A stretch of 64,000 bases of DNA from Occultella glacieicola (lineage in GTDB: Bacteria > Actinomycetota > Actinomycetes > Actinomycetales > Beutenbergiaceae): assembly GCF_004353825.1 (NCBI RefSeq), contig NZ_SMNA01000005.1:186001-250000 (forward strand), written 5' to 3'. The notes below the pieces were generated by a model. That model was not told where the DNA came from and ran no database searches. It was given only the letters and a program-made list of their open reading frames with translations. Within the stretch, counting starts at the first letter, position 1, and each line of letters begins with the position of its first letter. This document shows, piece by piece, positions 50,411 through 58,684 of the stretch. Made by a program: the position numbers and the translations under genes.

Positions 50411-51585
50411 AGCGCCTCCACGGTCGGGGTGAGGCCGAGGTCGGTCAGTTCCGCACCGATCTCGGTGCGGTAGGCACCGTTCATCACGATCACCAGGGCC
50501 GGCTCGGCGTCGGTCAAGTCCTTCGGTGCGAGCACCCGGTGTCCGGTGCCGGCCATGTACTGGTTCTGCTTGAACGGGTTGATGTCCACGACCCCGTCCA
50601 CCAAGCGGGAGTCCGCGCCGAGTGCGGCGAGGAAGGCCACGCCCTTGGACCCGCCACCCCAGATGACGGTCCGGCCACCGCCGGCGTGCACAGTCCGGAT
50701 CCGGTCGCGCCAGTGATCGACCATCGCCTGGTGTCCGCGGGCGAACCGGGCGGCCGCCTCCGCGAGTTCCGCCGGATCTTCCTCGATCGGGATCGCTGCG
50801 GTCGCGACGCCGCCGACCGCGGGGCGGGCTTCGACGAGCAGGGTCTGGTCGGAGTAGGCACGTTCGATGGCGAGCACGTCGAATCCGGCAGCGCGGAACA
50901 GCCTGCCGACCGAACCGGCGGAGAAGTAGGAACTGTGCTCGTAGTACACGTCCCAGAACGCGACCTCGTCGAGGACGCGCCGCACGTCCGGAACCTCGAA
51001 CAGCAGGACGGTGCGTTCGGGTTCGGTGATCGCGGACCGGATGGCGGCGAGGAACTCACGGACGGGGGCGATGTGCTCGAGGGTGTGCCGACAGACGATG
51101 GCGTCCGCCCGCAGGTCCGGAAGGTCCTGCGGAAAGAGTCCTTGGATCCAGGTCAGGGGTAGGCCTGCCGGGATCCGCGCGGGCTGCACGCCTGGGTCGA
51201 TGCCGATGCCGCTGCCGATGCCGGCTCGCGCCAGCTCGACCAGGAACTCGCCCTTGCCGCAGCCGATCTCGACGACGGTGCCGCCACCCAAGGAGTAGCG
51301 CTCGACCCAGTCGGCGGCGAGGTGGTGGATGAAGGCTTGGAAGGTCGGCGAGAAGCCCTGGGTCTCCTCGTAGTCCTGCGAGTAGGTCATCAGCTCCGGG
51401 TCGTAGCGGCAGTTCCAGATGAGCCCGCAGGCGGGACACAGGGCGAGGGCCAGGGCTCCCTTGGGGAAGTCGACGGCGGCGTCTCGGTCCCCGAGGAGCA
51501 GGCAGCTGTTGACCGGGACGGGTTCACCCACGTGGAAGGGTTCCGGTGCAGCGGCACCGCAGGCGGGGCAGGTGCCGGCGGTCAC
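50407..51585 (-). CDS. C-methyltransferase-like SAM-dependent methyltransferase (paralog of 42552-43736)
   Basis: CPAC..CPAC, EIGCGKG, RHTLEH, YYEHSSYF and WGGGSKG motifs. Confidence 0.85.
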   Translation of the reverse strand: MTAGTCPACGAAAPEPFHVGEPVPVNSCLLLGDRDAAVDFPKGALALALCPACGLIWNCRYDPELMTYSQDYEETQGFSPTFQAFIHHLAADWVERYSLGGGTVVEIGCGKGEFLVELARAGIGSGIGIDPGVQPARIPAGLPLTWIQGLFPQDLPDLRADAIVCRHTLEHIAPVREFLAAIRSAITEPERTVLLFEVPDVRRVLDEVAFWDVYYEHSSYFSAGSVGRLFRAAGFDVLAIERAYSDQTLLVEARPAVGGVATAAIPIEEDPAELAEAAARFARGHQAMVDHWRDRIRTVHAGGGRTVIWGGGSKGVAFLAALGADSRLVDGVVDINPFKQNQYMAGTGHRVLAPKDLTDAEPALVIVMNGAYRTEIGAELTDLGLTPTVEAL

Positions 51586-52889
51586 GGAGCAACCCGTTCG
51601 GCGATGTTATGACTCGGGGTGTCGGCGCCGTGGGCACGTTCCGCGGGTCGCGCACGACCGACGAGACTGTCGAAGACACCCACGTAGGCGCGGGCCTGGA
51701 TCGACCAGGACAACTCGTTCTCGATGCGGCTCCGCCCGAGCCGACCCATCACCACGCGACGCTGTGGGTCGTCGAGCAGCGCCGCGATCTCCGTCGCGGC
51801 ATGTGCCGGGTCGTCACCGGAGACGTACACGGCGGCGTCCTGTGCGCAGCGCCTGGTCTCGCGCAGGTTCGTGGCGACGACCGGGATCTCGTGGGCCATG
51901 TACTCGAGGGTCTTGTTCATCGTGGACCGATGGTTGAACTCGTTCTCGGGGTCGGGTGTGACGCCGAGGTCCGCGGTGGACAGCCAGCGACCCAGTTCCT
52001 CATGGTCCACCCTCCCGGTGAAGGTGACCCAGGGGTCGAGACCGCGGGCGGTCGCGTCCGCCTTCAAGGCCTCGAGGCTGTCGCCGAATCCCAGGAGTGC
52101 GAAGCGGGTGTCCTCGCGGCCGAGGTCGTGGACGTAGTGATCGATGGTCGCGAGAAGTCCGTCGACGCCGTCCTGCGGGCCCATGATGCCCACGTAGCAG
52201 ACCAGGTGTTCCCGTCCGCCGCGAAGTTCGGGATGCGCCCGGCCGCGGCGCATCCGGTCCGCGTCGGGGGTGCTCATCACCACCGCCGTCCGGCGGGCGG
52301 GTACCCGGCCCCGTTGGAGCGCGATGTCGCGGTAGGCGGGGTTCGGTGAGATCACGCGGTCTGCGACCCGGTAGGTCATCGACTCGAGGAACAGCAGCGC
52401 CCGGTGAACGAGTCCACGCTTGCCGAAGCGGGCCTCGTAGACCTCGGGACAGAGATCGTGCTGATCGAAGACGTAGCGACGACTACGGAGCTTCCAGAGG
52501 GCACCTAGCAGCCAATAGGTGTCCGGTGGATTGCAGGCTTGGAGCACGTCGAAGCCGCGGTCCCGGTTCACCTTGAAGGACAGCCTCGCGGTCTGGAGCC
52601 AGCACAGCGCGAACTCGCGGACGTAGCTGACCAGCCCGGAGCTCTCCGGCGGCGCCGCGTAGGAGTACACGTGGATGTCGTCGAGGATGTGACGATCCGG
52701 CTCGCCGGCGGTCTCCTTCGGGCAGATGACGCTCACGTCATAGCCCGCGCGCACCAAGGCGGCGCATTCGGTACGGACCCGGCGGTCGATGCGCAGCGGC
52801 AGGTTCTGAATCACGATGAGCGCACGTGGCCTACGCCCGGCGGCCGCCTCGGCCGTGGCCGGCGTCCGTCCGTTCCGGCGATTCCACAT
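51582..52889 (-). CDS. Glycosyltransferase family 4
   Basis: DRRV..E, ACNPPD, FDQHDLCPE, YVGIMGPQDG and NKTLEYMA motifs. Confidence 0.92.
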   Translation of the reverse strand: MWNRRNGRTPATAEAAAGRRPRALIVIQNLPLRIDRRVRTECAALVRAGYDVSVICPKETAGEPDRHILDDIHVYSYAAPPESSGLVSYVREFALCWLQTARLSFKVNRDRGFDVLQACNPPDTYWLLGALWKLRSRRYVFDQHDLCPEVYEARFGKRGLVHRALLFLESMTYRVADRVISPNPAYRDIALQRGRVPARRTAVVMSTPDADRMRRGRAHPELRGGREHLVCYVGIMGPQDGVDGLLATIDHYVHDLGREDTRFALLGFGDSLEALKADATARGLDPWVTFTGRVDHEELGRWLSTADLGVTPDPENEFNHRSTMNKTLEYMAHEIPVVATNLRETRRCAQDAAVYVSGDDPAHAATEIAALLDDPQRRVVMGRLGRSRIENELSWSIQARAYVGVFDSLVGRARPAERAHGADTPSHNIAERVAP

Positions 52890-53150
52890 CTGTCCGCTCT
52901 CCCGTCGTCGTTGCAGGTGGCGGGGAACTCGCCGATGCGGGTGGTTGCGACCTGACGGTCCGCAACGCCACCTCGCTCGAGCCCCCCGAACGCTGTGCTA
53001 CTCCTGGCAACGTACTGAGGACACCCGGCACCCGGTAGCGGAAGCACGGGTGAGATAGGTGAGGCAAGGGTGAAAACACCCGGCTCTTCTTCCTCACCCC
53101 GGGGTGAGGAGGATGGGAGCCACATCCCACTGACAGCGACCCCATCGGGC

Positions 53151-53993
53151 GTGGATACTCGCGGCGTGGTCTCCATCATCGTTCCGGCGCACAACGAGGA
53201 GCGGTCCTTGCCTCGGCTGTTGGACGCGCTCGACGACCCGCGGTGGGCTCCGGAGGAGGTCATTGTGGTCGCGAACGGCTGCTCGGACCGGACGGCGCAG
53301 GTCGCCCGGGCGCGCGGGGTCACCGTGATCGAGACGCCGATCCCGTCGAAGATCAAGGCGCTCGCGCTCGGGGACGCCAGGGCCACCTCCTTCCCGCGCA
53401 TCTACGTCGACGGTGACGTGGTTCTCGGAGCCGACTCCGCACGAGCGCTGTGTGGCGCTCTCACCGATGGCGTGCAGGCCGCCGGGCCGATCAGGAGCTT
53501 CCCGATGGCCAGGGTGTCGGCACCGGTGCGCTGGTACTACGACGTCTGGCAGCGTCTGGACGGCGTGCGGACCGAACTGTACGGACGCGGGGTGGTCGCG
53601 GTGAGCGAGGTCGGCCACGCCCGGATCCGGGACTGGCCGGAGACCATGTCCGACGACCTGCACCTGGCGATGAGTTTCGCCCCGGACGAGCGCACCGTGG
53701 TAGCGGCCGCCCGCGTCACGATCATGCCGCCGAAGACCTACCGCGACCTGCTGCGCCGGCGGGTTCGCGCCATGACCGGAAACGCGCGGATGGCGGGCAC
53801 ACCCGAGGCACCGGCTGTGCGCAGTGCCGGGGCAAGTCCGGCCGCCATCGGACGGATGGTGGCCGCCGAGCCCCGGCTGCTGCCCGGCGCCGCGGTCTTC
53901 GTCGTCACGGCCGCCATCTCGAAACTCCTCGGCCGCAGAGCCGCCCGACGCGGGGACACCACCTGGCTCCGAGACGAGAGCAGCCGTCGCTGA
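53151..53993 (+). CDS. Glycosyltransferase family 2
   Basis: IVPAHNEE, ANGCSDRTA and YVDGD motifs; start uncertain (53070 or 53151). Confidence 0.85.
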   Translation: MDTRGVVSIIVPAHNEERSLPRLLDALDDPRWAPEEVIVVANGCSDRTAQVARARGVTVIETPIPSKIKALALGDARATSFPRIYVDGDVVLGADSARALCGALTDGVQAAGPIRSFPMARVSAPVRWYYDVWQRLDGVRTELYGRGVVAVSEVGHARIRDWPETMSDDLHLAMSFAPDERTVVAAARVTIMPPKTYRDLLRRRVRAMTGNARMAGTPEAPAVRSAGASPAAIGRMVAAEPRLLPGAAVFVVTAAISKLLGRRAARRGDTTWLRDESSRR

Positions 53994-54275
53994 GAACCGG
54001 TGCAGCTGCGCGAAGCGGTGTGCCACCACGTTTGTCATGACGCCACTCGGATCGGGACGGCACCGCAGGTGGCACACACCGGCACGATCTGATGCCCAGC
54101 GACAGGTCCGTGAACCCACCGCGGGACACCCTCACACCCCTCACCCTCTGGTGAGCCGAAATCCGAACCAAGGTCACCCCCCAGTCACCCAACGCTCCCT
54201 CACGGGCTGTCCTAGATTCCGGAGTGTTCGAGCGGCACCGAGCAGCGGCAGTCCGCGGTCGAGGGGAGAGACGAC

Positions 54276-54539
54276 GTGCAGTTGCGTAAAGACGGGGTCA
54301 CCTGGCGCGAGATCGACGGCGAGATGGTCCTCCTCGATCTGAAGACGTCCAAGTACCTCACCACGAACCGGGCGGGCACGACGCTGGTCAAGCTGCTCGC
54401 CGAGGACCGAACCGCCGACGACCTCACCAGTGCCTTGGTCACCGAGTTCGGTATCAGTGCCGACCGAGCGGCCGGCGATGTCGCCGCCTTCGTGGGCTCG
54501 CTCGAGCAGCGAGGGCTGCTTCAGGTCGCTGCTCGCTGA
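54276..54539 (+). CDS. PqqD-family RiPP recognition element (lasso B1/E protein)
   Basis: 87 aa; WREIDGEMVLLDL..SKYLTTN..G..L..LL...L...F...DVAAFV..L...GLL PqqD pattern; GAGGGGAG RBS. Confidence 0.92.
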   Translation: MQLRKDGVTWREIDGEMVLLDLKTSKYLTTNRAGTTLVKLLAEDRTADDLTSALVTEFGISADRAAGDVAAFVGSLEQRGLLQVAAR

Positions 54540-54607
54540 GGCGTTCCAAGTTTCCGGCACATCAGGCCGGGGCCAACCAACGACACCACGTGAGGGGGTG
54601 ACACCAC

Positions 54608-54733
54608 ATGTACGAATCTCCGATGATCCAGGAGGTCGGCTCCGTCCGCGACCTCACCCTGGGCGAAGGCTGGGCCGGGAGTGACGACACGTTCCTGTAC
54701 TTCATCCGGTACGGGACCGACCCGTCCTCCTGA
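54608..54733 (+). CDS. Lasso peptide precursor (41 aa; leader MYESPMIQEVGSVRDLTL, core GEGWAGSDDTFLYFIRYGTDPSS)
   Basis: Manual translation; GAGGGGGTGA RBS; YxxP and GxxxxxT(-2) leader motifs; Gly1 core with Asp8/Asp9; lies between the RRE and cyclase genes. Confidence 0.93.
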   Translation: MYESPMIQEVGSVRDLTLGEGWAGSDDTFLYFIRYGTDPSS

Positions 54734-54741
54734 CCTCGATG

Positions 54742-54783
54742 GGAGCGGGCCCGCTGGCCGATGCCGGTCAGCGGGCCCGCTCC
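54742..54783 (+). terminator. 19-bp stem-loop after the precursor gene
   Basis: GGAGCGGGCCCGCTGGCCG-atgc-CGGTCAGCGGGCCCGCTCC (one G-U pair) followed by TTGCTT. Confidence 0.8.
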
Positions 54784-54837
54784 TTGCTTCAACGCGTCCG
54801 GCGCAGGCACTCAGCATCGATCTGATTGGAATCCGAC

Positions 54838-56004
54838 ATGGCGGAAGCACCCCCGATGGAGGGGTACGTCCGATCCGACCCCTTCGAGGTGGCGACGTGC
54901 TGGAAGTACGGCCTGAGCAGGCCGACGCCATTGCCACCGCAGCAACTGTCTCCCCGAGGTGCGTTGGAAGCGGCGATCATGCCTGCGCTGGTCGAGGGTG
55001 CGTGTTATGTCACGTTCTCCGGGGGCCGCGACTCCTCGGCGATCCTCGCGACTGCGACCCACCTGGCTCGGCGGGAGGGCCTACCCGACCCGGTTCCCGT
55101 GACGCGCCTCTACCCGAATGTCCCGGACTCGGACGAGTCCGAGTGGCAACACCTTGTCATCGACCACCTCGGCCTCAGCGAGTGGCTCCGACTGGAGTTC
55201 ACCGACGACGAGACCGATCTGCTCGGCCCCGCGGCCCAGGCGAGCGTGCGACGTCATGGACTGCTCTGGCCACCTGCGGTTCACAGTCACGGCCTCGTCT
55301 ATCAGCACCTCACCGGCGGGGCGATGTTGACCGGAGAGGGTGGCGACGAGGTCCTCGGCGCTCGTAGGGTCACGCCACTCACCTTGCTTCGCCGGCGTCG
55401 CCGCCCGACTCGCGCTCTCCTGCGCGGAGCGGCTCATGCGCTCTCGCCCTCCTCGGTTCGCCGACGTCAGATACGCCGGGAACTGGAGTCGGCGCGGCTC
55501 CAACACTGGCTCCGCCCCGATGCCAAGAACCAACACTTGCGACTGATGGCCGCCGACGAAGCCACCGAGCCGCTGAGTTACGAAGCCGCCACCTGGTGGA
55601 TCACCAGACGTCGCAGCTGGGCGACGATGGCCGCCAATCAGGCCCTGATCGCCGGGACTTACCAGGTCCGCGCATCGAACCCGCTCCTCGACGACGATTT
55701 CATCGCGGCGCTGGCACATGCCGGGGCCACCTGGGGATACAACGGCCGCACCGCGACGATGAAGGCGCTCTTCTCGGACGTGCTGCCGTCGGCGTTGCTC
55801 TCCCGTCGGACCAAGGCCAGCTTCAATCGGGCCTACGCCGGGAGATACACCCGTGAGTTCGCACGGCATTGGGACGGCTCGGGCGTCGACGGTGAGCTCG
55901 TGGACCCGGAGATCCTGCGGGACGTCTGGCTGTCGGATGAACCGACGATGTCGACCGCGATGCTTCTCCACCAGGCCTGGCTCGCTGCCCCGGTGACACA
56001 GTGA
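54838..56004 (+). CDS. Lasso peptide cyclase (Asn-synthetase-like C protein), short form
   Basis: FSGGRDSS PP-loop, TGEGGDE, NPLLD and RRTKASF motifs; operon context; start uncertain (54826-54856). Confidence 0.85.
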   Translation: MAEAPPMEGYVRSDPFEVATCWKYGLSRPTPLPPQQLSPRGALEAAIMPALVEGACYVTFSGGRDSSAILATATHLARREGLPDPVPVTRLYPNVPDSDESEWQHLVIDHLGLSEWLRLEFTDDETDLLGPAAQASVRRHGLLWPPAVHSHGLVYQHLTGGAMLTGEGGDEVLGARRVTPLTLLRRRRRPTRALLRGAAHALSPSSVRRRQIRRELESARLQHWLRPDAKNQHLRLMAADEATEPLSYEAATWWITRRRSWATMAANQALIAGTYQVRASNPLLDDDFIAALAHAGATWGYNGRTATMKALFSDVLPSALLSRRTKASFNRAYAGRYTREFARHWDGSGVDGELVDPEILRDVWLSDEPTMSTAMLLHQAWLAAPVTQ

Positions 56005-56453
56005 GCGTCCGTCGGCCCCCGTTCGGCGAATGGCCGTGGATCGTCGCGGCTCTCGCCCTCGCAGTCGTGGCCGAACTTGGGCTGCGCACCGCGGGCCTGC
56101 CGCGCCTTGCCCGCATGTTCGGGACCCCGCTTCGGACCGACGACTCCACGCCCGCGCAGCCGGATCACCCGTCCGGCGCGCCGGTCCTGGATGACCGGGC
56201 ACGACGCCAGGTGCGGTCGAGTCGCAGGGTGATGCGCCACTGGCCATTCGGTGACACGTGTCTGCGTCAGGCACTTATCAGCGGTGCTCTTCTGCGTCGG
56301 CTCGGGCCCGAGTTGCTCGTCGGAGTCGCCAAGATCGACGGCCAGGTCCGCGCGCACGCCTGGCTCGAGATCAATGGCGGCATCCTCGACCCGCTGGGCG
56401 CGGCAGCGTCCTACACACCGCTGCTCTCACCCGATGCCTTGGACGTGAAATGA
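56001..56453 (+). CDS. Lasso peptide leader peptidase (B2, transglutaminase-like)
   Basis: TCLRQAL (catalytic Cys), LLVGV and AHAWLE motifs; GTGA coupling to the cyclase. Confidence 0.92.
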   Translation: MSVRRPPFGEWPWIVAALALAVVAELGLRTAGLPRLARMFGTPLRTDDSTPAQPDHPSGAPVLDDRARRQVRSSRRVMRHWPFGDTCLRQALISGALLRRLGPELLVGVAKIDGQVRAHAWLEINGGILDPLGAAASYTPLLSPDALDVK

Positions 56454-57415
56454 ACACGACCAAGCTGTACGGCCTGAACCTCGACTCCGAGATCGCTCTG
56501 CACCAGACGCGGCCTGCCGACGGTCCGACCGACGTGACGATCCGGGTCGGGGCACCCATGGGGACCACCGAGGCCGCACCCCCTGGTCGGATGCTCCTGC
56601 ATCTGGACGGCGACAAGCAGTACTACTCCGCGACCGAGACCGACTCCGGTTACCTGCTCCGGTTCTACCGGACCTGCGACTTCGTGATCGATCCCGGACT
56701 CACCACCGTGACCGCCCATCTGGTGCATGGCGCCGACCCCGAACGGGTGGGGGTTCTCGCCGCCGGAACCATGCTCTCCTTCCTGCTGGCCCTGCGTCGA
56801 CGTCCGGTGCTGCACGCCAGCGCGGTGCAGGTCGGGGAGGCCGCCCTCGCGTTCGTGGGCCGTTCCGGCATGGGCAAGTCGACGATGGCGACGTTGATGG
56901 CCGCTGACGGCGCCCGGCTGATCACCGACGACGTGCTCCACCTCGATCTGGACACGGTGCCGCCGCGGTGTCATCTCGGGGCGACGGAACTGCGTCTGCG
57001 CAAGGCGGCCGGCGACCTCGCGGCACGGTTCGCCGTCGCCCCCGGGCGTCGCCTGACCGGCGACGACCGGGACGCGCTCGCGATCCGGTCGGCCGACACG
57101 GATCTGTTGCCTCTGCACGCGATCGTGATCCCCGCCCCGGACCACTCGGAGCAGGATCGCGAGCCGGAGTTCCTTCGGCTCTCCCCGCGGGACGCCCTGC
57201 TGCACCTGCTGATGTTTCCCCGGATCGTCGGCTGGCAGGATCCCGCCGCCGTCGACCTCCAGTTCCAGCACCTCAGCGACGTCGTCGAGAAGGTTCCGGT
57301 GTACGTCGCGCGCCTTCCGTGGGGACCGCCGTTCCCGCCGGCCATCGCGGCGCAGGTGCTGACCGCCGTCGGCCTGGATCAGGCGGTCACGGCCGATTCC
57401 ACCGCATCGAGGTAG
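56450..57415 (+). CDS. HPr kinase-like lasso peptide kinase
   Basis: YGLNLDSEIAL start; LHASAV, GRSGMGKST Walker A and LITDD motifs; ATGA coupling to B2. Confidence 0.85.
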   Translation: MNTTKLYGLNLDSEIALHQTRPADGPTDVTIRVGAPMGTTEAAPPGRMLLHLDGDKQYYSATETDSGYLLRFYRTCDFVIDPGLTTVTAHLVHGADPERVGVLAAGTMLSFLLALRRRPVLHASAVQVGEAALAFVGRSGMGKSTMATLMAADGARLITDDVLHLDLDTVPPRCHLGATELRLRKAAGDLAARFAVAPGRRLTGDDRDALAIRSADTDLLPLHAIVIPAPDHSEQDREPEFLRLSPRDALLHLLMFPRIVGWQDPAAVDLQFQHLSDVVEKVPVYVARLPWGPPFPPAIAAQVLTAVGLDQAVTADSTASR

Positions 57416-58581
57416 ACATTGAGGGCGTCCTCGCCCGCCTTCACCCGAGCGGACCGTGCGATCGGAGGAGTCCGGCGAGTCCGTTCCCGCACGCCGACCG
57501 CGGCGTTGCGCCCAGCCGCGACGAGGGTCCGTGCCGCGCCCGGCTGCGCGGCCCGAGCCACCAACCGTGCCAGGCCCGGCTCCTGACGCGCCCGCGGAAC
57601 CGGCGCGAACCGGTCGACCGTCGCCGTCAGGACGCCGAAGGGCGCGGACAGCCCCAGCCGGTGGTCCAGGTCCTGCGGTAGCGGCGTGCCGAGCACCCGC
57701 TTCGCCCGGGCGAGGACCAGGGCGACGTGCGGCTCTGCGCGCCAGGCCCGGGCGCGAGTGGCCACTTCGTCCCAGTCCTCGATCTGGGCGGCCAGCCGGT
57801 CGGCATCCACGAGCAGGAGGAGTCTGTTCGCACCGGTCAGCGCCGCGTGCAGGCAGACGTGCACCAGGGCATCCGCCGGCGACAGCGCCCAGGCGCGGTT
57901 CAGACCCAGCATCACCGGGGTGCGACGGCCGAGGAGCTCAGGGGTCGGCACCGCGAACCGCGCACGCCGGACCGCCATGTTGATCATGGACCAGTGCAGG
58001 TCCATCAGCAGCCCTGACGGGCCGACCCAGTGCATCTCCCCCGGGGTCTGCGGGTTGCGGAGCATGTCATCGAAGTCGGCGATCTTCCAGCCGGCGTCCA
58101 GGAGTCGGTGCGCGACCTCCCGCAGGTCCGTGGGATCGACGAGCGTATCGATGTCGTGGTACGTGCGCAGCCCTTGCGCCGGATGAGCCGTCTCGGACAG
58201 GAACGGGCCCTTGAACGTCACCCAAGGGATGTCGTCGAGGACGGCGCCGAACTGCTCGAGCATGATGGTGGCTCGGATGTGGATGCCCATGGCGTGGTCC
58301 CGGTCGACGCGCAGGAGCGCCGCGTCCTCCGGAGACCGATCCCGGAGCGCGAGGTGCACGAGCGGTGCGACCCGGTGGTATCGGGCGGCCTGGACCAGGT
58401 CCGACCGCGCTTCCGACCCCGGCGCGGTCAGGTTGCGTTCCCCTCGGGCACTGTGGACGAGCAGTTCGGAGACCGCTTGCTGCGTCCGTGAAGCCCTTCC
58501 CGGGATGGCACGAACCACTGGAACTCCCGGACGTCGTTGGGCGATCCCCTCAGGGACAGCGATCGGTGTCACTGCGCGCAT
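57379..58581 (-). CDS. Nucleotidyltransferase (NTP_transf_5-like)
   Basis: FKGPFL...R.YHDIDTLV, DLHW and LVHVCLHA motifs; converges on and overlaps the kinase gene; start uncertain. Confidence 0.82.
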   Translation of the reverse strand: MRAVTPIAVPEGIAQRRPGVPVVRAIPGRASRTQQAVSELLVHSARGERNLTAPGSEARSDLVQAARYHRVAPLVHLALRDRSPEDAALLRVDRDHAMGIHIRATIMLEQFGAVLDDIPWVTFKGPFLSETAHPAQGLRTYHDIDTLVDPTDLREVAHRLLDAGWKIADFDDMLRNPQTPGEMHWVGPSGLLMDLHWSMINMAVRRARFAVPTPELLGRRTPVMLGLNRAWALSPADALVHVCLHAALTGANRLLLLVDADRLAAQIEDWDEVATRARAWRAEPHVALVLARAKRVLGTPLPQDLDHRLGLSAPFGVLTATVDRFAPVPRARQEPGLARLVARAAQPGAARTLVAAGRNAAVGVRERTRRTPPIARSARVKAGEDALNVYLDAVESAVTA

Positions 58582-58684
58582 CGGCAGGTGACAGCAGGCT
58601 AGCGGCGGCCAATCCGGCACGCGGCGAAATGGCCTGCGAAGTCAGGTCCGGTCCGAGACCGGCGTGGCACCGGTCGCGGGCGGA

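Noticed and set aside
54276..54539. PqqD-like gene as part of PQQ biosynthesis
   Set aside because: No pqqB/C/E or radical SAM gene; neighbours are lasso C and B2 genes
54430..55367. ORF-track ORFs 54430-54684, 54521-54937, 54562-54810 and 54681-55367
   Set aside because: Shadow frames over the RRE, precursor and cyclase genes, with no recognisable motifs
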